This document shows positions 9,130-18,221 of a DNA stretch of 64,000 nucleotides, one piece after another. The stretch spans positions 2,063 to 66,062 of the forward strand of contig CALGNX010000004.1 of assembly GCA_937958265.1 (NCBI GenBank), in the 5' to 3' direction. The DNA comes from an uncultured Algibacter sp. (lineage in GTDB: Bacteria > Bacteroidota > Bacteroidia > Flavobacteriales > Flavobacteriaceae). Under the pieces are notes generated by a model that was given only the letters and a program-made list of their open reading frames with translations, was not told the origin of the DNA and ran no database searches. Positions within the stretch are counted from its first letter, which is position 1; every line of letters starts with the position of its first letter. The translations under genes were made by a program, and so were the position numbers.

Positions 9130-9227
9130 TTGCGTTAGGGATTGCAGTGGAAAGCCCACAGCCCGACTTTAGGAGGTGCGCGGACTTGTAACGTAAAGCC
9201 CGACCCTTTTTCGGGGAACGCCCAAAT
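9130..9227 (+). repeat. GC-rich dispersed intergenic repeat, family A, copy 1 (98 bp)
   Basis: The sequence TTGCGTTAGGGATTGCAGTGGAAAGCCCACAGCCCGACTTTAGGAGGTGCGCGGACTTGTAACGTAAAGCCCGACCC...AACGCCCAAAT recurs at 39239-39333 (same orientation) and 56541-56635 (inverted). This copy ends 4 nt from the stop codon of the 9232-10788 gene. Confidence 0.85.
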
Positions 9228-9231
9228 TAAT

Positions 9232-10788
9232 TTATAAACTTAGAATGGCTGCTTCGGCACAACGTTCCCCATCCATAGCTGCGGAAACAATACCGCCGGC
9301 ATAACCTCCGCCTTCGCCACAGGGGTATAAATTTGAAATTTGGGGGTGTGCTAATTGCTCGTTTCTTGGTATGGATACGGGAGATGATGTTCGGGATTCT
9401 ACACCAACGATATTAGCTTCTTGGGTGTAATAGCCGTTCATTTTTTTGCCAAAAGCTTCAAATCCTTTGCGTAACCTGCTGCCAATAAATTTTGGTAATA
9501 AAGAGTGTAGTGGTGCTGATTTTAAGCCGGGTTGGTAAGATGTAGCGTTTAAATTGGTAGAGAGTTTACCGGCCACGAAATCTGTTAGGCGTTGGGCTGG
9601 TGCTACTTGGCTTCTGCCTCCTGATGTAAAGGCTAGGCGCTCTAAGTTTTTTTGATATTCTAGGGCTTTTAAAGGACCAAATTTTTCGTACTTATGCAGA
9701 TCGGTTTCGGCATTAATTTCAACTACAATACCAGAATTTGCATAAAGATTATTTCTTTTTGATGGGGACATGCCATTTACTACAACCTCGCCATTTGCTG
9801 TAGCTGCTGGTACAATAAAGCCACCGGGGCACATACAGAAAGAGTATACACCGCGGTCTTTTACTTGTTGTACTAAACCGTAAGATGCTGCGGGGAGTAA
9901 TTGGTGGCGTTCGCCTGAGCAGTGGTATTGAATACCGTCTATAATATGTTGTGGATGTTCCACCCGTACGCCCATAGCAAAGGATTTTGCCGCGATAGCT
10001 ACCTCTTTTTTATGGAGTAAATAAAAAATGTCGCGTGCGGAATGCCCTGTGGCTAAAATAACTTTTTGTACGGTTAACTCATTGCCATTTTGAAGTTGAA
10101 TGGCTTTAATCTTTTTATTGTTTAAAACGAAATTGGTTACTCGGGTTTCAAAATGAATTTCGCCGCCAAAGTTTAAAATGGTTTCTCGAATGTTTTGAAC
10201 TACTTTTGGTAATTTATTTGTGCCAATATGCGGGTGTGCATCAATCAGAATTTGATCGGTTGCGCCATGGAATACAAGGTTTTCAAAAATACGGCGCACA
10301 TCGCCTCGTTTTAAACTTCGGGTATATAATTTACCATCACTATAGGTTCCTGCGCCACCTTCGCCAAAGCAGTAGTTAGAATCTGCGTTTACAATATGGT
10401 CGCGATTTATAGCTTTTAAATCTCGGCGGCGGTTTTGTACATTTTTACCACGCTCTAAAACAATGGGCTTATAACCAAGCTCGATACAGCGTAAGGCAGC
10501 CCACATACCGGCAGGGCCAAAACCAATAATGTGTACAGGTTTTGCTTGTGAAACATCTTTATAATTAAATTGGTAATTGGAGGTTTTAGGAGGTGTTTCT
10601 TTTATAAAAACGCGTACTTTATAGTTGAAAATAATTTTTGCTTTTCTAGCATCAATCGATTTTCGAAGTGTTTTAATGGCTGTGATATCTTTTTTATCGC
10701 GACCTAGCTGTATAGCGGCTTTTGTAATTAAAATATCTGGTGTTTCTTCTTCTTTTAACGTAACGCGTAGTTGTATATCTTTAGCCAT
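9232..10788 (-). CDS. NAD(P)/FAD-dependent oxidoreductase (uncharacterized FAD-dependent dehydrogenase, COG2509-like)
   Basis: The dinucleotide-binding motif is IIGFGPAGMWAAL. The C-terminal LYPCGEGGGYAGGIVSAAMDG is typical of this family. Confidence 0.8.
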   Translation of the reverse strand: MAKDIQLRVTLKEEETPDILITKAAIQLGRDKKDITAIKTLRKSIDARKAKIIFNYKVRVFIKETPPKTSNYQFNYKDVSQAKPVHIIGFGPAGMWAALRCIELGYKPIVLERGKNVQNRRRDLKAINRDHIVNADSNYCFGEGGAGTYSDGKLYTRSLKRGDVRRIFENLVFHGATDQILIDAHPHIGTNKLPKVVQNIRETILNFGGEIHFETRVTNFVLNNKKIKAIQLQNGNELTVQKVILATGHSARDIFYLLHKKEVAIAAKSFAMGVRVEHPQHIIDGIQYHCSGERHQLLPAASYGLVQQVKDRGVYSFCMCPGGFIVPAATANGEVVVNGMSPSKRNNLYANSGIVVEINAETDLHKYEKFGPLKALEYQKNLERLAFTSGGRSQVAPAQRLTDFVAGKLSTNLNATSYQPGLKSAPLHSLLPKFIGSRLRKGFEAFGKKMNGYYTQEANIVGVESRTSSPVSIPRNEQLAHPQISNLYPCGEGGGYAGGIVSAAMDGERCAEAAILSL

Positions 10789-10974
10789 ATGGTGAAATTA
10801 CTTAAATTTGGTATGCTAGTTTTTAAAAACAAGATTCAATTTGTAAGGAATAATTTGTTTTTTTAAATAGTTAAAGGTTGGTTTAAACCTTATTTAGCAA
10901 TAAAGGTAAAGTGTTTTTTATTACGTTAAATAGTAACGCTTAGCCTTGAAAAAATAGTTTGGTTTGAGTGCTAT

Positions 10975-11898
10975 TTATATTCTTTCGTAGGTTATAAAGG
11001 AATAATCGTGCTTGTGCTTATCATCTTTTTTATGAAATGTATTGGCCGTTTCTTTCCAAATGGTTAAATCTATTTCGGGGAAATAGGTGTCGGCATCAAA
11101 ATTATCATGTACGCGCGTCATCTCTATTTTATGAGCCAAGGATAAGGTTTCTTTGTAAATTTGGCCGCCACCAATTATAAAAGGTTGTGGGTCGGATTTT
11201 GAAGCATCGAGAGCATCGCTTAGGGAATTTACTAAAATTACTCCAGCAGGGACTTTGTAATCACTTTGGCGTGAGATAACAACATGTGTTCTATTTGGTA
11301 ATGGTTTTGGAAAACTTTCAAACGTTTTTCTCCCCATGATTATATAGTGGCCGTTTGTAAGGTTTTTAAAACGTTTTAAATCGTTGCTTAGGTGCCATAT
11401 AAGTTTATTGTTTAAGCCTATAGCGTTATTTGCAGAGGCAGCTACAATAATGGTTAAAAAACCTTTTGTTTTTTGTTTTGTGTTTTTTGAAGCGTTTACA
11501 AGTAGATTATTGCTTATGCTTTCTTTATTATTCTGTTTTTCTAGATTACCTTCTATCTTTGCTATACGTTGTTTTTGTTTGAAAACTAGTTTTTCTAACT
11601 GCTCTGTCTCCCAGGCTTTACCCATGAATTTATGCGTTATAAATACGTTAAAAATATGATATAAAAAGAAAAATAGCCATAATAGAATTGCAAAAACAAA
11701 CCAATTAATATCGAAAAACTTAATCTCCTTACCAATACCTAAACCTGTATTAGCAGCAATTAAAAAAACTGCGCCAATTAAAAATATTACAAAGTGAATG
11801 TATAAACGTTTTTTTTGTTTAATGCGTTTTTGGGCAGTTTCTATAAGCGCTAGTTGATCTTTATCGATGTGTGGTATGGCTTTTTTTTTTCCGAACAT
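10975..11898 (-). CDS. folA: Dihydrofolate reductase with an N-terminal 2TM-domain plus coiled-coil extension (apparent fusion)
   Basis: Residues ~147-307 (LTIIVAASANNAIGLNNKLIWHLSNDLKRFKNLTNGHYIIMGRKTFES...IIGGGQIY) form a complete DHFR. Residues 1-~95 look like a 2TM domain (KRLYIHFVIFLIGAVFLIAAN...WFVFAILLWLFFFLYHIF). I found no stop codon and no ATG/GTG/TTG at the junction. Confidence 0.8.
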   Translation of the reverse strand: MFGKKKAIPHIDKDQLALIETAQKRIKQKKRLYIHFVIFLIGAVFLIAANTGLGIGKEIKFFDINWFVFAILLWLFFFLYHIFNVFITHKFMGKAWETEQLEKLVFKQKQRIAKIEGNLEKQNNKESISNNLLVNASKNTKQKTKGFLTIIVAASANNAIGLNNKLIWHLSNDLKRFKNLTNGHYIIMGRKTFESFPKPLPNRTHVVISRQSDYKVPAGVILVNSLSDALDASKSDPQPFIIGGGQIYKETLSLAHKIEMTRVHDNFDADTYFPEIDLTIWKETANTFHKKDDKHKHDYSFITYERI

Positions 11899-12206
11899 AG
11901 TAGTAAAATATAGAGGGTAAAGTTAATTATTTTTAGATTAACAAAATATTGAAATAGTTGATAAAAATACTTTTTTAGTTTTGTTTAGAGTTAAAAACTA
12001 CTCATTAAGAGTTTAAAGGGCAATTCTTGTATTGATAATTTTATGGCTTAATTGGTAGTTTTTTACTTACTTTATTTTTTGTCTTGTTGCAAACTGCTGA
12101 TTTGATAATTGTAAAATATTAAGGGGTCTTAAATAGTTTATATCTAGATGTTTGGGTTAATATTTGTATTTTAGTGAAGGTTAAATAAAATTTTAAATAT
12201 TAGATT

Positions 12207-12503
12207 ATGGCTATTAAGAAACAATTTTTAAAAAGTAAACCTGTTTGTAAAGTAACTTTTTCATTGGCTCTAGAAAATGCAAAGTCTGTTTCTGTGGTTG
12301 GTTCTTTTAATGGTTGGAATGCTAAAAAGGCACCACTTAAAAAATTAAAAAATGGTACTTTTAAGACTGTGATTAATCTAGATTCGGGATTATCGCATGA
12401 GTTTAAGTATATCGTGGACGGTGTATATGTTAATGATGCTGCTGCAGATGCTTACGTATGGAACGATTTTGCAGGTTCTGAAAATGGCGTGATTAGTTTA
12501 TAA
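12207..12503 (+). CDS. Small isoamylase early-set / CBM48-like domain protein
   Basis: This 98-aa protein (VSVVGSFNGWNAKKAPLKKLKNGTFKTVINLDSGLSHEFKYIVDG) resembles the AMPK-beta/CBM48 glycogen-binding fold that occurs as a stand-alone protein in Bacteroidota. Confidence 0.6.
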   Translation: MAIKKQFLKSKPVCKVTFSLALENAKSVSVVGSFNGWNAKKAPLKKLKNGTFKTVINLDSGLSHEFKYIVDGVYVNDAAADAYVWNDFAGSENGVISL

Positions 12504-12677
12504 TAATAGAAATTGGCTATATACTGCGTAGCATTATAAGCTTTTGGATGTGTGTTGCGTATATTTTTGTTATCTAAATAACTTTGAATCACATTTTTTC
12601 CTGCTGTTATTTTGCTACATGTAATAGTGGCTAATATTAATATGTTTAATAGTCTTCGGCCTTAAAGATTTGACTAA

Positions 12678-13529
12678 TTAAACAGATACAGCTCCTTTGA
12701 TATGCGGGTGTGGGTTATAGTCCTCTAGGGTGAAATCGTTAAAGTTAAAATTGAAAATATCTGTAACTTCAGGGTTAATTATCATTTTTGGAAGCGGCCT
12801 AATATCTCTAGATAGTTGTAATTCCAATTGCTCGTAATGGTTGCTATAAATATGAGCATCGCCAAAGGTGTGAATAAAATCTCCAGCTTCGTAACCGCAA
12901 ACTTGTGCCATCATCATGGTAAACAAAGCGTAAGATGCTATATTAAAAGGTACACCAAGAAATATATCTGCACTTCGTTGGTAAAGTTGGCAAGATAATT
13001 TGGCTTTCTTTTCGCCTTTGGAAGTGTTTGGAGGGGATACATAAAACTGGAAAAAGGCATGGCATGGTGGTAGTGCTGCTTTTCCGTTAGCTACATTCTC
13101 ACTAAAGGTTTTTGAGTTATCTGGTAAAACAGATGGATTCCAGGCAGATACTAACATACGCCTGCTGTTAGGATTGTTTTTTAAAGTTTCAATAACATCT
13201 TTAATTTGATCTACCTCGTCACTATTCCAGTTGCGCCATTGGTGTCCATACACGGGCCCTAGTTCGCCATTTTCATTAGCCCACGAATTCCATATTTTTA
13301 CGCCGTTATCGGTTAAGTACTTTATGTTAGTATCACCTTTTAAAAACCAAAGCAATTCATGTATTATAGACTTTAAGTGTAGTTTTTTTGTTGTAACCAT
13401 AGGGAAACCTTCACTTAAATTAAATCGCATTTGGTAGCCAAAAACACTTTTTGTACCAGTGCCTGTGCGATCTCCTTTTTCGTTTCCATTGTCTAAAACG
13501 TGTTTTACTAAGTCGTGATATTGTTTCAT
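12678..13529 (-). CDS. thyA: Thymidylate synthase
   Basis: DRTGTGT, the catalytic [12 protein letters not shown], and DAHIY motifs are present. Confidence 0.95.
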   Translation of the reverse strand: MKQYHDLVKHVLDNGNEKGDRTGTGTKSVFGYQMRFNLSEGFPMVTTKKLHLKSIIHELLWFLKGDTNIKYLTDNGVKIWNSWANENGELGPVYGHQWRNWNSDEVDQIKDVIETLKNNPNSRRMLVSAWNPSVLPDNSKTFSENVANGKAALPPCHAFFQFYVSPPNTSKGEKKAKLSCQLYQRSADIFLGVPFNIASYALFTMMMAQVCGYEAGDFIHTFGDAHIYSNHYEQLELQLSRDIRPLPKMIINPEVTDIFNFNFNDFTLEDYNPHPHIKGAVSV

Positions 13530-13797
13530 TGTATTTTTTTTTACTAAGGCGTATGGCTTCTAAACTAGAAATAATTTGGGCAAAGTTAAAATAAAAAATG
13601 TAGTGTTGTATTGTGCGTGCTATAAATTATGAATAGAAGCAGAAAATATAATTTATTTGTATTGTAACTACAAAGAACATAATAAATAGTTTTCTTCTAT
13701 CCATACAGAATAATAAATTGTAAATCAGGCTATGCTTTATTCTTAAAATTTTAACTAGTGAATTATGTTATTGTTTTAACGCAGATTATGGAGTGTG

Positions 13798-15324
13798 TTA
13801 ACCAATAATCATCCCTGCAATAGTAGCCGAAATTAAAGATGCAATGGTGCCACCTAGTAAAGCTTTCATACCAAATGAAGAAAGGGTTTTACGTTGTCCT
13901 GGGGCTAAAGAACCAATACCTCCAATTTGAATACCGATAGAAGCAAAATTTGCAAATCCGCAGAGCATATAGGTTGCCATAATTATAGATTTTTCGTAAG
14001 TTAAATGCACGGCGTTAGCAGCGTTTTTTAAATCTGCTAGTTGTATGTAACCTATAAATTCGCTGGCAGCTAATTTTATACCTAATAATTGTCCCATTAG
14101 TGCCATATCTTCCGTAGCTACGCCAATTAGCCACATAAGTGGTGCGAATATATAACCTAGAATAAGTTCAATGGAAAGTTTGTTATAGCTAGTGTTCTCA
14201 GCAATCCAATTATTTACATAAGTAATGTCACCTACCCAACCTAGAATGCCATTAAACATCGCTATAAAGGCAACAAAAACAAGAAGCATAGCGCCAACAT
14301 TTACAGCTAGTTTCAATCCTTCAGTAGTACCATTTGCAATAGCGTCTAAAAAGTTAGCGCCTATCTTTTCTTGTGATACAGAAACATCTTCTTGAACAGC
14401 TTCTACCTGAGGATATAGGATTTTAGAAATAACAATAGCACCTGGAGCTGCCATAACCGATGCTGCTAATAAGTGTTTGGCATAAAACAGCCTTAAAGCA
14501 GGATCGTCCCCTCCAAGAAAACCTATATAAGCTGCTAAAACAGCTCCTGCTACTGTTGCCATACCGCCAACCATAACTAGTAGTATTTCAGACTTATTCA
14601 TTTTTTCTAAATAAGCCTTAATTAACAGTGGTGCTTCGGTTTGTCCTAAAAAAATATTTCCAGCAACACTTAAGCTTTCTGGACCTGATATTTTTAGAGC
14701 TTTAGATAGTAGCCAAGCCATTACCTTTACTATTTTTTGAATAATCCCTAAATAGAATAAAACAGAGGTTAGCGCGGAAAAGAATATTATAGTAGGTAAA
14801 ACTTGAAAGGCAAAAATGAACCCGAATGTATCCATATCGACAACTAAACCTTCAAATAAAAATTTACTTCCAGCCCTTGTAAAATCTAAAACATTTACAA
14901 AAAGACTTCCTATAAATTCAAAAATATCTTTTACAAAATCGACTTTTAAAACTCCTACAGCTATTAGTAATTGAAAACTTAGGCCTATTATAACAATTTT
15001 CCAATCTATATTTTTTCTGTTATTACTAAAAAGAAAAGCAATAAAAACTAAAGAGAGCATTCCTAAAAGACCACGCCATAAACTATTTAAAGAGAATCCT
15101 TGACTTTCAATAATAATACTTTTTCCAGCTATTTGTTTAGTTGGCGAAGGTGTTTTAATGCTAGTATTAACAAAGTTAGTTGAAGTCGTATCTGTTAGAA
15201 CTGTTGTTGTATTTGTAACCGTTTTATTAGTTTGATTTTGTTCTATAACTTCTGAACTCTGTGCTGTTATTGTTGACGTAAAAAAGAAAAAAATGGTTAT
15301 TAGAACCAAGAACAGTCTTTTCAT
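13798..15324 (-). CDS. NupC/CNT-family Na+/H+-dependent nucleoside transporter with an N-terminal signal peptide plus a Thr/Asn-rich extension
   Basis: The polytopic core has CNT-family segments (GNIFLGQTEAPLLIKAY, FANFASIGIQIGGIG). The first ~75 aa are a signal peptide followed by low-complexity T/N/S sequence. Confidence 0.85.
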   Translation of the reverse strand: MKRLFLVLITIFFFFTSTITAQSSEVIEQNQTNKTVTNTTTVLTDTTSTNFVNTSIKTPSPTKQIAGKSIIIESQGFSLNSLWRGLLGMLSLVFIAFLFSNNRKNIDWKIVIIGLSFQLLIAVGVLKVDFVKDIFEFIGSLFVNVLDFTRAGSKFLFEGLVVDMDTFGFIFAFQVLPTIIFFSALTSVLFYLGIIQKIVKVMAWLLSKALKISGPESLSVAGNIFLGQTEAPLLIKAYLEKMNKSEILLVMVGGMATVAGAVLAAYIGFLGGDDPALRLFYAKHLLAASVMAAPGAIVISKILYPQVEAVQEDVSVSQEKIGANFLDAIANGTTEGLKLAVNVGAMLLVFVAFIAMFNGILGWVGDITYVNNWIAENTSYNKLSIELILGYIFAPLMWLIGVATEDMALMGQLLGIKLAASEFIGYIQLADLKNAANAVHLTYEKSIIMATYMLCGFANFASIGIQIGGIGSLAPGQRKTLSSFGMKALLGGTIASLISATIAGMIIG

Positions 15325-15423
15325 AATAAAATATTTAGTTTTTTATTTAAGTTCTAAGCTTTACTATGGAAAGATGGCTTATACTGCTTGTTAATACAGT
15401 GAATGATACTTATGAGGTTTTGT

Positions 15424-16050
15424 TTATTCTCTATGTGACATTTCATCCCGAATATGTGCTGCTTTCTCGTAATCTTCGTTGTTAACAGCTTCTTCCAAAA
15501 GCGCTTTAAGTTCATCTAAAGTTTTATTAGTGAAATTATTGTTAGCAGTTTTATTAGGCTCTGTTTCGTTAACAACTAAATCATCCATCAAAATATTTTC
15601 TTGATTGTCATTAGATTCATTGTCTTCTTTTGGGTTTGTTTTAAGATAAATTCCCGCTTTATCAAGGATGTTCTTATAGGTGAAAATTGGTGCATTAAAA
15701 CGTAGTGCTAAGGCAATAGCATCACTCGTTCGAGCATCAATAATTTCTTCAATTCTATCGCGTTCGCAAATTAAACTGGAGTAAAATACACCATCTACTA
15801 ATTTATGGATTATGACTTGCTTTACAACAATATCAAAACGATCGGAGAAATTTTTAAATAAATCGTGTGTTAAAGGTCGGGGTGGGCTAATTTCTTTTTC
15901 TAAGGCAATAGCAATGGATTGCGCTTCAAAAGCACCAATAACAATTGGTAGTTTGCGCTCACCACCCACCTCGTTTAGAATTAGAGCATAAGCTCCGTTC
16001 TGCGTTTGGCTATAAGAAATACCTTTTATGTTTAATTTTACTAAACTCAT
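15424..16050 (-). CDS. Bifunctional nuclease family protein (DUF151) with a C-terminal UVR motif
   Basis: The N-terminus LPIVIGAFEAQSIAIAL...PRPLTHDL is typical of the DUF151 nuclease family. The C-terminal EDYEKAAHIRDEM is a UvrB/UvrC-type UVR motif. Confidence 0.8.
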   Translation of the reverse strand: MSLVKLNIKGISYSQTQNGAYALILNEVGGERKLPIVIGAFEAQSIAIALEKEISPPRPLTHDLFKNFSDRFDIVVKQVIIHKLVDGVFYSSLICERDRIEEIIDARTSDAIALALRFNAPIFTYKNILDKAGIYLKTNPKEDNESNDNQENILMDDLVVNETEPNKTANNNFTNKTLDELKALLEEAVNNEDYEKAAHIRDEMSHRE

Positions 16051-16218
16051 AATTTATAAAAACGTAAAGAACTAATTAAATTAGAATTTCACCCACTGCG
16101 CTAGGCTAGTTTAAGTTGAAATGGCTAATTTAAGTAGTTCTTTAGTTCTACACAATTTTAAAAAATATATTTCTTTTGTTCTGTAGTTTAATACCTTCGT
16201 ATAGGCTCTGTTGTAAGA

Positions 16219-17178
16219 TTATTGTTGCGCCTTAAAGGTTTTTAGTTTTTCTATGAGTTCTGGAATTACCTGAAAAGCATCTCCAACAACGCCGTAATCT
16301 GCAGCCTTAAAAAACGGTGCTTCAGGGTCTGTATTAATAACAACCTTTACTTTGGAAGCGTTAATACCGGCTAAATGTTGAATAGCTCCCGAAATACCAA
16401 CAGCTATATATAGGTTAGAAGCTACAGGTTTTCCTGTTTGTCCAACGTGTTCACCATGAGGTCTCCATCCTAAATCCGATACGGGTTTTGAGCATGCGGT
16501 TGCCGCTCCTAAAACATCTGCAAGCTCTTCAATCATGCCCCAGTTTTCTGGTCCTTTAAGTCCACGTCCGGCAGAAACTACAATCTCGGCATCGGCAATG
16601 GATACTTTGTCTGAGGCTTTATCAACAGATTCTACGGTTACCCCTAATTCAGGAACTGTAGGTGCAAAATCTTCCACAGTGGCAGTTCCACTATTTTCAA
16701 CTAAGCCAAATGAGTTGTTAGAAACACCTATAATTTTTATGTCGGTATTTATTTGAATTGTTTCAAAAGCTTTGTTTGTAAAAGCAGTACGTTTAACCAT
16801 AAACGGATTTGTACTTGTTGGTGCAGCCATTACGTTAGATGCATAACCAGCATGTAAATTAATTGCTAATAATGGTGCTAAATATTTACTATCTGCAGAG
16901 GAGCTTAAAATAACCACGCTTGAGGCTTCTTTTTTTGTAGCTTGGTCAATTACCGCGGCATAAGCGCTAGCGTTAAATTTATCTAGGTTTGCATGGGTTA
17001 CATTTAACACTTTGTCCACCCCGTAAGCGCTTAAGGCAGAGGTGTTTTTTGTATTAATTGCAACAGCTGTAACCGTAGTTCCTAACAAATTAGCAACTGC
17101 TTTGGCATAAGAAGCTACTTCGAAGGCTACTTTTTTAAAAGCGCCTTGTTCTGATTCTGTATATACTAAAACTGACAT
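16219..17178 (-). CDS. etfA: Electron transfer flavoprotein subunit alpha
   Basis: The FAD-binding C-terminus reads VSAGRGLKGPENW...YIAVGISGAIQHLAG. I chose the start at MSVLVYTE (17178) rather than the track start 23 codons upstream. Confidence 0.9.
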   Translation of the reverse strand: MSVLVYTESEQGAFKKVAFEVASYAKAVANLLGTTVTAVAINTKNTSALSAYGVDKVLNVTHANLDKFNASAYAAVIDQATKKEASSVVILSSSADSKYLAPLLAINLHAGYASNVMAAPTSTNPFMVKRTAFTNKAFETIQINTDIKIIGVSNNSFGLVENSGTATVEDFAPTVPELGVTVESVDKASDKVSIADAEIVVSAGRGLKGPENWGMIEELADVLGAATACSKPVSDLGWRPHGEHVGQTGKPVASNLYIAVGISGAIQHLAGINASKVKVVINTDPEAPFFKAADYGVVGDAFQVIPELIEKLKTFKAQQ

Positions 17179-17319
17179 ATTTATGAGTGTTTTTTTAACA
17201 AGCGCTCCCAAAAAAGGTTTCGCTTTTAAATTTATTAATGTTTTCACCGAATTGACTCGGGTTTTGTAATCGCATATTTTCCATGGTATTTGCCATTAAT
17301 AATGGTCATTATGGAAATA

Positions 17320-18066
17320 TTATATAACTTTAGCTTCGTTGTGAAGCAGGTTTACTAATTCATCTAAATTATCACTAGATACTAAAGTAACTGCGCCTTT
17401 TGGTGTTGGTTTTTCAAAGGATACAGAAGTAGTTTCTGCACCAGTTTCTATAGGCTCAATAATATTCAATGGTTTTTTTCGCGCCATCATTATTCCACGC
17501 ATGTTAGGTATGCGTAAATCACTTTCTTCAACTAGTCCCTTTTGTCCTCCAATAACTAAGGGTAGTGCTGTGGCTACAGATTCTTTACCGCCATCAATTT
17601 CCCTTATGGCTTTTACTGCGTTTCCATCTACTTCCAGACTTATACAGTTGTTAACAAAATTGGCATTAATTAGCCCAGCTAGCATACCTGGTACCATACC
17701 GCCGTTATAATCTATGGACTCGCGACCTGCAATAATTAAGTCGTAACCACCAGACTTTATAACATGCGCTAATTGTGTAGCCACAGAAAACCCGTCCGTT
17801 GCAGGCGTGTTAATCCTAATTGCCTCGTCTGCACCAATAGCTAAAGCTTTGCGTAATGTTGGTTCAGTTTCAGTACCGCCCACATTTATTACAGTAACAG
17901 ATGCACCTTGCTTTTCTTTAAACCACATGGCTCGAGTTAAACCAAATTCATCATTTGGATTTATAACAAATTGTACGCCACTGGTATCAAATTTAGTATT
18001 GTTCTCACTAAAATTTATTTTTGAAGTAGTATCTGGAACATGACTTATACACACTAATATTTTCAT
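17320..18066 (-). CDS. etfB: Electron transfer flavoprotein subunit beta
   Basis: MKILVCISHVPDTTSKI...NPNDEFGLTRA...DLIIAGRESIDYNGG is typical EtfB. It lies directly upstream of etfA. Confidence 0.9.
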   Translation of the reverse strand: MKILVCISHVPDTTSKINFSENNTKFDTSGVQFVINPNDEFGLTRAMWFKEKQGASVTVINVGGTETEPTLRKALAIGADEAIRINTPATDGFSVATQLAHVIKSGGYDLIIAGRESIDYNGGMVPGMLAGLINANFVNNCISLEVDGNAVKAIREIDGGKESVATALPLVIGGQKGLVEESDLRIPNMRGIMMARKKPLNIIEPIETGAETTSVSFEKPTPKGAVTLVSSDNLDELVNLLHNEAKVI

Positions 18067-18221
18067 GGTTTTATGTATTTTAGGTCTTATTAATTCTTAA
18101 GATTACGAAGTTATATATTTTATTTGAAATATTTACTATGCATGCATAGTAAATTTACATAAATCTTTTTACAGGGTATCTCATTTATTGTTATTTTTGT
18201 GTTGGATTTAAAAAACAACCA

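Noticed and set aside
9130-9227. A stop-free reading frame runs through all three family A repeats on the reverse-complement strand of the element (…IWA(F/L)P(EK/Q)GSG(F/Y)TLQVRAPPKVGLWAF(H/R)(C/Y)(N/Y)P*). All three share the same TAA. The indel is in-frame (3 nt) and several differences are synonymous (TTA/CTC Leu, CCT/CCA Pro, TTC/TTT Phe).
   Set aside because: None of the three copies has an ATG, GTG or TTG in frame between the upstream stop and the conserved part. The upstream flanks are unrelated. Non-synonymous differences are as frequent as synonymous ones. I therefore treat the element as non-coding, but the frame conservation is noted in case genome-wide copies say otherwise.
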